Program-made: the position numbers and the translations under genes
IMG/VR virus record: IMGVR_UViG_3300034093_001036
Coordinates: 24,580 to 88,579 of that record
Reading direction: 5' to 3' (one strand)
Origin: a virus
DNA: 64,000 nt
Notes under the pieces: generated by a model
What the model was told of the DNA's origin: nothing
Seen by the model: the letters and a program-made list of their open reading frames with translations, nothing else
The model's database searches: none
Shown: piece by piece, positions 1-10,100 of the stretch
Layout of the letters: every line of letters starts with the position of its first letter
Numbering within the stretch: the first letter of the stretch is position 1

Positions 1-3000
1 AAATGATGTGTTTTGAGAATAGTTATTGCATAGTGCATAAACATTTTCAAACATTGCTCTTGAAGATCCTCTTGTAAATAATGCTATGTTAGAATATATA
101 GGAAGTGGATCATTATCATCTACTGTTTTTATTAGTTTGCCGTTAATGTATAAGTAGAATCTTCTTGTCTTTCCTATGTCTTCATATTCTACTGCTAAAT
201 CATATACCGTTGGATTTTCCTCAGCAAAAACTCTTGACTGCCCAGTAAATCTTCCATCATCAACAGTAATTGTAGCAAGACCATCCCAAAGGCCAACAGG
301 AATTGCCTTACTATTATCAGATTTTATTTTGTAGAAAAAAACATTACTAACGCTTTGTCTATCTGTTTCTGACAAATTACCTAGTCCAAGTGCTGCTATC
401 TCAAAATAATATCCTACATTTGTTGTTGGATTTAACATTACTGCAATTCCAGCAGAACCACCCGCAACGTTAATATTTTTATCTGGTGTAGAACCATTTA
501 CAACATAGTAAGTTGAGGATCCATTGGTTGTCTGACCACGGTCTTCATTGCTTTCAATCTTACCAATAATTCTTAGTCTTGTTCCAAAGTGTTTATACTT
601 TTTTCCTTCTAATGATTTATGAACATATGAAATAAAATTTCTTGGCTTTTCTTTAGTAGCAAAGTTTGGGCCAGTCAAAGAAAGTGCTGATGATTGAACT
701 GAGCCTGGGACTTGTTGAGTATTTGTGGTTATCTCTCCCACAACAGAAGTTGACAGAAAGTTTTTAATAATTCCGCTTCTAGATGAAGTTCTTGCTAAAG
801 CATCAGAAGATATTCCAGAGTCAGTTAATTTTCCAGATAATGCAACGGTGGTTGCAGGTAAAGTTAAATCTTTTTGAAACAAATACTCTGATGACATGTA
901 ACAACCTTTAACATTGTCATCTGATTTCCAGTAATCAGCAATTCCAGCATTGTGTGCAACAACAGTAGTTCCAAATTGTCCACGACCATGCTTTTGAACT
1001 TCTCCATTTTGTAATCTAATAACACCAGATTGCTCAAAATATTTTGGTTCAGAATAAATTCTTACAAGGCCAGTTGGATATATCTTTCCATTGAATGGAA
1101 GTTTAGAAAAATAATTTTGATAGTCTTCTGTAGAAGTTATCCAAACATTTCCAAAACCAGTAACGTTGTATTGAACTGCATCATATTTTATAATTTCTCC
1201 TTGTGAATAAAAATATCCATTATATCTTGTAATCCAATACGCTGCTTCACCAAGACTAAATGTATTATTAATTACAATGTTATTTTTTACAATTGGCACA
1301 TCTGCTAAAAGATTAGAGTTTAGTGGTATAGCGCTAAGAACATATGCAGACTGCTTGTTTACTTCGTTATTTATTGACTTTGTATTTTCTGTTCCAGACA
1401 CTTCCCACAATAGAGCAGGCTTATAAGTGTAAAATCTTTCATCATCTAAGAGGCTTGCTTGTCTTAAAGAGCCAATAGATCTTTGTATATGTCTTGTTGT
1501 GTAATTAATTACTCCATCATTGTATACATTGTTTGTCTGGCTAGATACAGAAATCACATTTGCAAGTTTAGCATTTGCAAGTGTTTTATTTTTAATTTCA
1601 TTATCTTGAAACAGATCGTTAGTTCCCCTAAGTTCAAAGGTTGTTGGTCTTTGTTCTTTTGTTGGCATAATATAGTCTTTGCTCATCATAACAAAGTTAT
1701 TGTATTCATCAAAAAACATTGCAGTTTGAGTTGATACCGCTAAATCTTGAAGAATTTGTGCAACGCTGTTGTCTGGCCCAACAAAGAAATATGGAATTAT
1801 TGTTTCTTTTTCATTTGCCACTCTTCTAAATGTGTAATTAGAAAAACCAATATGGTCTAATAAAAGAGAAACAGCAGAACTTACAGATACTTCTGTCATT
1901 AATATTTGTGGTGCAGTTATTGATTCTAGATACCAATACATATCTCTTAAGGAAAGGGACACAGTTTTATTCATAAGATCCTGCTTGGGAAATGAATCGG
2001 CATATAGTGTTTTAATTGGAACCCAGTAATCCCAGCCTGCAACATCAACAATTACTTCATAAAACTTAAACTGAACATGTCTATTTATATATTTTGCTAT
2101 AATACTTGACTGATTGTTTTCATTAAATGCTTGATCATAATCAAATATATTAATATTTCCATTAGATGCAATTAACTGCCCAACTGGTAAACCACTTAGC
2201 CCAAGATCTGATGCACTCTTATTAATTGAATAGTCTAAAGTTTTATCAGATACATTTAAAACAAGTCTTGGAGATATTTCTATAAGGTCAAAGGTTGAGT
2301 CTTTTACATTCATTGAGTCAACGACAATTCTAATTCCAGAGATGTATTCAAATTCTCGGTACTGTTCTTTTCCATCTAAGGATTTAGTAAATACATTTGG
2401 AGATGTAGCATCTACAACAAAGTTTGTAAGTCTGTCTACTGTCTCATCTTGGATATACCAACCATACTTTGGGGTTATGATTGTATAATCTGTACCGTTC
2501 CAAATATAAAACTTGCCTATATCGTTTTCATTTTCTTTAATAAGATAAGCATATCCAACTACAGACTGCTCGGGAAGCAAAGAAATACTTGAGTATACTT
2601 CTGCAAAAACAAAATTTGCTTTCCATTCATCTGGAACAATTAGTCCATAGGCTATTTCAACATATCCATCACTCTTGATGACGGATGATCCGTCTGCTCT
2701 TCGTATTGCTGGATTAAAAGATATAACATCCTGCCAGTTTGAATCTTTTAGGAATTGAATTTTCCATCTAGTTGGAACCTTTTGATTTAACTCTCCAAAG
2801 AATGGATCTGAAAATGCTCCAGTTGGGGACGAAAAGGGGCCTAGATTTTCTGTTCCAGTATGAGTTTGCATCTTAACAACAACTCTATTGGCTGGAATCT
2901 TTTCTTTATAGACAACAAAAGGACAGGCATCTTCTATAGAGTTTTGAGAACCTCTTACCTTTGAGGCAATCCCGTATTCTTGACCAGACTCTGTTCTGTA

Positions 3001-3465
3001 TGAAGTCCAGTACTTAAACTTATCATTTTTATCTGGCATATAGTATCTTGGTCTGTCGGCCATGACTAGATTGGGGTGGTGCAGTTTCCCGTTCTCAAAG
3101 AACACTGCCTTGTTAATTCCAGACCTTGGTCTAAACTGATTAAAACATTCTTCTAAAGAATAAAGAGTTTTTAACTTTTCCTTCTTTGTCAAAAATGTTG
3201 TTGGAATGTCGTCATTGTCAAATGTTCCATCTACTAAAACATCTGCATCTGTCGCTCCTGTATAAAAATTTCCAGCATCATTAATATCAAAACTTGTTGG
3301 AAGTGAAGCATAAAGAGAAGAAGACTCTGTTGGTCTATATCTATAGTTACCAATATGTTTTATATTGGTTGGTATGTTCATGTTCCATTCTGCTGTTATT
3401 ATTGACTTGTTTCGTACCGTCGGAGAAGTCTCTAAAAATGTTTGCAGTTCTTTATCTTCAAACAT
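1..3465 (-). CDS. Large tail tip/baseplate hub-like virion protein, over 1150 aa, running off the window edge
   Basis: Missing from the ORF track, presumably because its stop lies outside the window. ATG at 3465 overlaps the upstream TAA (TAATG) and reads MFEDKELQTFLETSPTVRNKSIITAEWNMN. Position follows the tape measure and distal tail genes. Confidence 0.7.
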   Translation of the reverse strand, partial: MFEDKELQTFLETSPTVRNKSIITAEWNMNIPTNIKHIGNYRYRPTESSSLYASLPTSFDINDAGNFYTGATDADVLVDGTFDNDDIPTTFLTKKEKLKTLYSLEECFNQFRPRSGINKAVFFENGKLHHPNLVMADRPRYYMPDKNDKFKYWTSYRTESGQEYGIASKVRGSQNSIEDACPFVVYKEKIPANRVVVKMQTHTGTENLGPFSSPTGAFSDPFFGELNQKVPTRWKIQFLKDSNWQDVISFNPAIRRADGSSVIKSDGYVEIAYGLIVPDEWKANFVFAEVYSSISLLPEQSVVGYAYLIKENENDIGKFYIWNGTDYTIITPKYGWYIQDETVDRLTNFVVDATSPNVFTKSLDGKEQYREFEYISGIRIVVDSMNVKDSTFDLIEISPRLVLNVSDKTLDYSINKSASDLGLSGLPVGQLIASNGNINIFDYDQAFNENNQSSIIAKYINRHVQFKFYEVIVDVAGWDYWVPIKTLYADSFPKQDLMNKTVSLSLRDMYWYLESITAPQILMTEVSVSSAVSLLLDHIGFSNYTFRRVANEKETIIPYFFVGPDNSVAQILQDLAVSTQTAMFFDEYNNFVMMSKDYIMPTKEQRPTTFELRGTNDLFQDNEIKNKTLANAKLANVISVSSQTNNVYNDGVINYTTRHIQRSIGSLRQASLLDDERFYTYKPALLWEVSGTENTKSINNEVNKQSAYVLSAIPLNSNLLADVPIVKNNIVINNTFSLGEAAYWITRYNGYFYSQGEIIKYDAVQYNVTGFGNVWITSTEDYQNYFSKLPFNGKIYPTGLVRIYSEPKYFEQSGVIRLQNGEVQKHGRGQFGTTVVAHNAGIADYWKSDDNVKGCYMSSEYLFQKDLTLPATTVALSGKLTDSGISSDALARTSSRSGIIKNFLSTSVVGEITTNTQQVPGSVQSSALSLTGPNFATKEKPRNFISYVHKSLEGKKYKHFGTRLRIIGKIESNEDRGQTTNGSSTYYVVNGSTPDKNINVAGGSAGIAVMLNPTTNVGYYFEIAALGLGNLSETDRQSVSNVFFYKIKSDNSKAIPVGLWDGLATITVDDGRFTGQSRVFAEENPTVYDLAVEYEDIGKTRRFYLYINGKLIKTVDDNDPLPIYSNIALFTRGSSRAMFENVYALCNNYSQNTSF

Positions 3466-4100
3466 TATACTTCTTCCAAAGTTATTGAGACGTTCCAGTA
3501 ATCAAACTTAGTTCCTCTTTTTTCAACAGAATATGAAAAATCACTAATAAACATTTCTATAAGTTGATTGTATTGTCCAAGGTGGTCGTATGGTTCTGGT
3601 GTTCCACTAAATATACCCTTTCTATCGTAGGCAAGAAATACCCAAAAAGATCCTTTATGTGAGTCATACCACTCAAGCATATCTGCTCCACCTGCGCCTC
3701 CATCAGTTGTATAGGATACATATGGAGAAACTCCAGTAGCAGTATCAAAACTTGGAATGTTTGCATGGGATCTAGACGGAATTAAATTCCAACTTGTACT
3801 TAGTGTTATTTTATCTGCAATGTGATATGATCTCATGCGACCATTAATCATTCTTTCACGCTTTTCAATTCTTTCTTCTGAAAAATCAAGGGGCTGTCTA
3901 TTATCATCAGTAATAAACAAGAATTGATCTAGAAGGGTTTGATCTTCAACATCTTCTGGGTCTACTCCAACTTCATACCCATAGGGAATGTACAAACCAT
4001 CTTTAAGAGTGCCAGAGTTTTCAGACCACAGCATACCGCTTGGTCTGTTATATTTTTTACGACCCTGAACATAGGTGACTCTTGGATCAATTTCTGGCAT
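3465..4100 (-). CDS. Putative distal tail protein
   Basis: 211-aa ORF immediately downstream of the tape measure gene, ending WNVSITLEEV; function inferred from synteny. Confidence 0.55.
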   Translation of the reverse strand: MPEIDPRVTYVQGRKKYNRPSGMLWSENSGTLKDGLYIPYGYEVGVDPEDVEDQTLLDQFLFITDDNRQPLDFSEERIEKRERMINGRMRSYHIADKITLSTSWNLIPSRSHANIPSFDTATGVSPYVSYTTDGGAGGADMLEWYDSHKGSFWVFLAYDRKGIFSGTPEPYDHLGQYNQLIEMFISDFSYSVEKRGTKFDYWNVSITLEEV

Positions 4101-7100
4101 TTAATGACACCCCTCTAATTCTTCTATCATCAACTTGTTTAATTGTTGACATTACTGCTTGTGCAATTTCATTTGGATTAGCATTTGTTTTTGCATTAAC
4201 AGTTAATGTATATGTATTATTATACACTGCTCCACCAACTGATTCGCCATTATTTATTTTTCTCATAGTATCTACGCCATAAGTATCTACAGCATACTTA
4301 CTCATTATAAATTCTCCTGGAGTTAACATTGCTGGAACTGTATCTGTGCCTTTAGCAAATCCACCAAGAGAGAACATTTTAGGAATTATTCCACCATTCA
4401 TTCTTCCTACTCTGCCCTTAGCATTTATTGCTGCTTGCTCTGCTGCTAGATCTGCTGCTTCTTTTGCCTTAAATCTAGAAAGATTAGATGCTTGATTTTG
4501 TACACTAATTGCTTCTGCTGCAGCAATTGCTGCTGCTTTTATTTGTGATGCAATAGACAGGGCCCCGATTATTCCATTTTCCATTGCTGCATTAGCGCTT
4601 GGGTGAAATGCTGCTGCTGCAATAGCAGGTGCATAATCTGCAGCCTTTTCTAATGCTGCTTTATTAATATCTTCTGCTTTTTTATTTCCTTCAGTTGATG
4701 CTTTTGGATCTGGAACAAATGGACCTGGACCTTGTGTTGCAGTTGTACCAGAGTTGCTTGAAGTATTCCCTGGTTGAGCCTGATATGCTGCAATAAGTTT
4801 TGCTTGAGTCTCTAGTGCAAGTTTCATAGAATCAACAAATGCAGCACTCTTAATTAATGCAAGGTCTACTTGATTTTTAATTGCTTCCCAAGCATCTTTT
4901 GTTTTGCCAAGAACCGTAAGTCCTTCTATATCTTTGTCTAATATTATTTGTCTTAAACGAATAAACTCTTGTGCTGGTTCTAGTTTCTCTTCTTCAATTT
5001 TAAATATTTTATCTTGAAGATCTTTGATTTCTTTTTCAAGTTCTAGTCTAGTTTTTCCACCCTGAGTTTTTACTCTAGACAATTCATATTCTCTAGATTT
5101 CTCTACAGCATCTTTTTGTTTTGTTACTGCATCTGCTGCTGCTTGGGCTCTCATATCCTGTACGGCCTTTGCTGCTGCTGAAATATCTCCAGAGGTTAGG
5201 GCCTCAGCAAGAGTTAGTTGACCCTTTTGCTGATTAGAAATAGAAGAGTTTAACTTTTCTACTTCATCTAAAGCCTTAATTCTTTCATCATACTTATCAT
5301 TAATTTTTTGTTCTTGCTCTTCAATACCCTTTAGTGCTGCTTCTTTGTCATCTATTTCATATTGAATTGCTGCAATTGCATTTTGTGCCTCTTTAATTAC
5401 TGCATTTTGTGATTTTGTATCTATTTTAAATTGTATATTTAGGGCTGTCTCCTGAACATCAAAGGCCTGCATAGCATTGCTAAAACCTTTATCAAATAAG
5501 CCTTGCATGAATTCAACGGTAGACTTTAATTGATTTAGCCTTTCAGTAAAATCGTCAATTAAATCATTTAACTCTCCCTGGGCTTTAACAATAATTGCTG
5601 TTGGTGCTCCGTTTGCTATTAACTTATTTAATCTCGATTGTTGTGAAGCAATTTGGCTTTCCATTGATTGTAGGTTTTCATCGGATGAAATTGCAAAAGC
5701 ATCTTCTGCCCCATACTTTGATCTTAGTCTTGCTTCTTGAATTGTGTTTTTCTTAAATTGTGCGATATCTGTTTTTACTCCTTGAATTGCCGCTGACTTT
5801 TCTTGTGCTGCAGTTAAAAGTTTATAGTTAGAAATCAAAGTTCTAAGGCTTTTATCATTTACTCCATTGGCAATGGCTGCTGCCAAAGTTTTATCAGAAA
5901 TTAATTGGTATGCCTCTGCTACTGGAACTCCAAGGTTTGCCAACTTATTAAATGCAGTTGATTGATTTTCAATAGCCTTGAAGTCTGCTTCCATGCTAGA
6001 CTTCCAGTCACCCATAGTTATTGAGTTTAATGCTTCCTGAATGTTTTTAGCATCTTCTTTTAGTCCAACAATATTTTTCTTGTTGTCAAACTTAAACAAT
6101 GAGTTCTTTTTCTGTTCATATACCTTTGGATCCATGCCAACGATTAGTTCGATAAAGTCTTGGCTTGTACCTAAGCCTCTTAGATCATTTTCTATACCGC
6201 TAAATACATCAATAGTTTTGTTACCACCAAACAGTTTATCTAGTGCCTTACGAGAAGCACCCCAGCCTTCTGTGACCTTGATCTGGTTCATTCGTACATC
6301 TCTTAGTTTCTTTACTAAGTCATCTAGTGGTGAGGACTGGACTTTGTTTCCATCGGCAGGAGTGTTTCCTCCTACTGGAGCCTTTACTCCTACTGATAAG
6401 TTATCTGTAACGGCTTTGTATCCTTGGGCTTCTGTGTATTTTTGTATTTTATAAGAAAGACTTCCTGTTACTCCTTGTCCACCTCTTGGTGCAGGCTCCT
6501 TAAGCCACGCCTTATAGTCTTCGCTTGCTTCAATTTTTGGCTCTGGAATATTAACTAATGTTGAAATTGTAGTTGTATAAACCTTTTGCTGATCTTCAGT
6601 TAATGTGTTAAAGTATGCTTCATCAAATGCTGCTGTTCCCTTAACCTCTGGCATAATCTCATAAACAATTTTTGCAGTTAAATCTTTGCTACCTTCAATT
6701 GCGTCTAGCATTTTATTTAATGATGCGTATGCCTCTTGGCTTTCCTTGCTTTTGTCAGTATAGTAACTGACCATAACATCTGATGGGATAACTGTATTGA
6801 GACTGTTTAACTTAATTATATTTTTTGTAAAATCAAGAGCATCTGAGTCTTTTTCAAATGCTTCTACCCTGGTTATAAATTTTGTTTGAACTGTCTTGTT
6901 AATGGTACCCTTTGCATCAAGAATATTCTGTGCTGCTACACCTATTGACTCAGATGTTGCACCACTAAACTTTGTAATAATTTTCATCATCACTGGGGCC
7001 ATGTCTTTATTGTCTGTTGCCATTTGCAAAAGACTTCTGAATACTGCTGGAGGAATATCTCCACTTGCCATCTTTGCTTGAATTAAAAACTCTTGTCCAC

Positions 7101-10100
7101 TATCGATAAGACCATCTTTTCTTAGATTTTTTGATTGCTGATTTACAGTATCTATATATGCTAACTGGTTAGGATCATTTTTGTATTTTGCAGTTGTGGC
7201 TTTTTTCATTCCAGACATCATTGCTTCTTGAAGTCCACCAGCACTATTGTATTGAGATACTATGTCTCCTTGCATTTTTGCTTGGGCTGCAGTTAGTTGA
7301 TCTCTTTTTCCAACTTTGCCTTTTTCTTTATCTCCTAAATACTCTTTCTCTAGTTCTAACGCCTCATTAATTTTACCCTGCAGCCTTAACTCTTCAATTT
7401 TTTTCTGATAATACATATCAAGAGAGTCAAGCATTTGTTTATTTTGTTCCATTGCAATTTTAGCATCTACCGCATAGGTTGCTCCAAGAACTGCTGCCTC
7501 TTTTGCATATTTCTTTGAGGCAAAGTATCCACCAATTGCTCCTACTGCTGTTCCAATTCCAGCACCTATAATTGCTCCTGCTAGAGTTCCTGCAGGTCCT
7601 AGTGCTGTTCCAATTCCAGCACCTGCTGCTGCTCCACCAAGAGCCGAAGCGCCTATGCCTAGTCCTTGTGTTACTTTTTGTCCAGCAAGTTGTTGTAAAA
7701 CACCAGCATTTTTTACATTATCAGCACTAGTTTTCATATTCTTTGCATTTGCATTTACCATATTTATTCTAACATTTAATGGATCGTTAACAAGGTTTTC
7801 TCCGTTTGGTCCAAGCAAACTTTCTAATTGAGCAATAACCTTTATACCAATAGACATATCTCCTGCTTGTCTAGCAGCATTCATAGCCAAACTTTTTGCC
7901 TGTGACATATCCATAGCACCAGACATAATTGCTGCAGAAAGTTGGCCACCTAAATCTTTCACTGCAACATTTCCTTTACCGTCAGCGTTCTGTTTTGAAA
8001 TTCTTGCAGTCAAAGCCTTTCCTTCTGCTGTTTGAGCATATGCTTCTCCATAAGTAGTCTTACCAGTTGCTGCGCCAAGCATTGCAAAAGAATTTTTTCT
8101 TCTTAGGTCCATCTGTTCTGAGGCTGTTGTCTTACCACCAAATTTTGCTATAGTCTGTAATGCAGATGTAGATCCTTTAAACTTTTCACCCTCTTCTAAA
8201 ACCTGATCTGCTGCTTTATCAAATGACATTCTCAAGGCAGCAAATGATCCAACTGTTGCAAGAAGTCCTACTGCTAAGGCTGAAGCAGGACTTTTTAACA
8301 TTGGAATTATCATAGACAATCCCATAAGTGGCATCATTAATTTTTGTGAGATTTCTCCAACTTTACCTGGTACCATAGAACCAATCATTGCTGCACCTGC
8401 TGCCATTCCGACACCGCCAGCAATTCCCATACCACCCTTACCTGCTACTTTTGCATTTTGTCTATTATTTTTAAGTCTTTGCAATTTAGTGGTTTCAAAT
8501 TTACCATTTGCCATTGAAGGTCCCATTGGCGTTCCAGAAACTGAAGGTGCTGGTGTAAACTGTGCTGCTGCTCTTTCACTAATAATTCTTTTTTGATATG
8601 CTACAGAGTTTGCTAACTTAGTTCTTCTTTCCATTTGTCTACGCATAGACTTGGCATCTGCATCCATTGGCCCCATGCCGTATAGTTTAGTTCTTGATGC
8701 TGCCGTCTTTGCTTGTGTTTTTGCTTCTGCCCTTTGGCGCTTTTCCATTTGTCTACGTAAAGATTTAGCATCTGCATCTATTGATCCCGTTCCATACAAA
8801 GCAGTCCTTGATGATGCTGCTGCGGATTGAGATATTGTTTTTCCAATAGTGGCACCAGCAGCCTTGGCTTTTGCAACAGATCCTTTTACTCCCGCAAGAA
8901 TTGCGTTTACAGTTGCATTCTTTGATCCTGGGGCATTTGCTTTTCCAACAATTCTTCCCTTGGGGCCTTGACGAACCGATGAAGCAACACTCGCTGGAGC
9001 AAGTCTTGTATCCTTTATGCTGCCAGAGTCTGATTTTAACTTTCCGTTATTTGGCTTTGTTGGTATTGGCTTTAGGTTACCCTTTTTGTCTTCAAGTACT
9101 TCATCTGGCTTTACCAAAATTGAACGATGGAAGTTATAAACCTTTTTCCAGTCTGCGTTTAAACCAGCCTGAAGTCTCTTATACATATCTTCATAAACTT
9201 TTTTGGCTGGATCTCCAGCATCAAGTTTAAAACCATCTATAGTTTTTCTTAATTTTGGAAGAGTTCTATTAATCTCATCTTTTATTTTTCTTTCATATTC
9301 ATCTGCAGACTGAATATTTTGTGGAATATCAGCAGTGGCATTTCCAAACCAGAAAGGAGAGTTGTTGGCATTTGGACCTGAAACACCTTTAAGATTGTGC
9401 ATAGCAATTGCTTCCATAGATGGAAGTCCTGCTGAATAAGATCTTGTTCCAGAGGCTTTATCAAATACTCCTGCTGCTCCAACATCAGTTACAACATTGC
9501 CTCCAAGGTTGCCTTTCTTAAGATCTTTGTCTCCACGAAGGCTTGATGCTACTAATTGCTTAATATATTCTTTTTCAGTAAAAGTTTTTGGCATTGTGTT
9601 TGGATCAAATCTTGAATCATATGGAGATTCCAAAACAATAATCTTTCTTTTTTTCTTAACATCTGGTTCATCAATATCTGTAGGATCAATCATTGTTTTG
9701 ATTGTTTGTCTTGGTGCTAGTAAGCCCTGTGCTCTAGCAATCTCAGTTCCTCTTTTTTCTGCTATAGCGTCTAACTCACTTAGCATTGGTTTTACAAATA
9801 CTTTTGACCCATCTGGTTTTGTAAATACTCCGCCAATGGTTGACATAAAATTACTTCTACCAGAACTCTGTGTTTCTTGAACACCAAAGTTTGTAGGCTT
9901 CTTTGCTCCAAAGGCAGTTTGAGATGCCTCTATTGCAACTGCTCTTAGTTTTTCTTTGTGCTCCATTGCTTTTTCAAGATCAAGCAATTGTGGGGCTGAT
10001 GGCGGTGCTGCAACCTTTGCTTTCTTTGCTGCCTTTGTGCCTTGAGAAATTACAGGGGTTGTTCCTGCTCCAAGTCTGTTCATATTAACTACGGTTCCTT

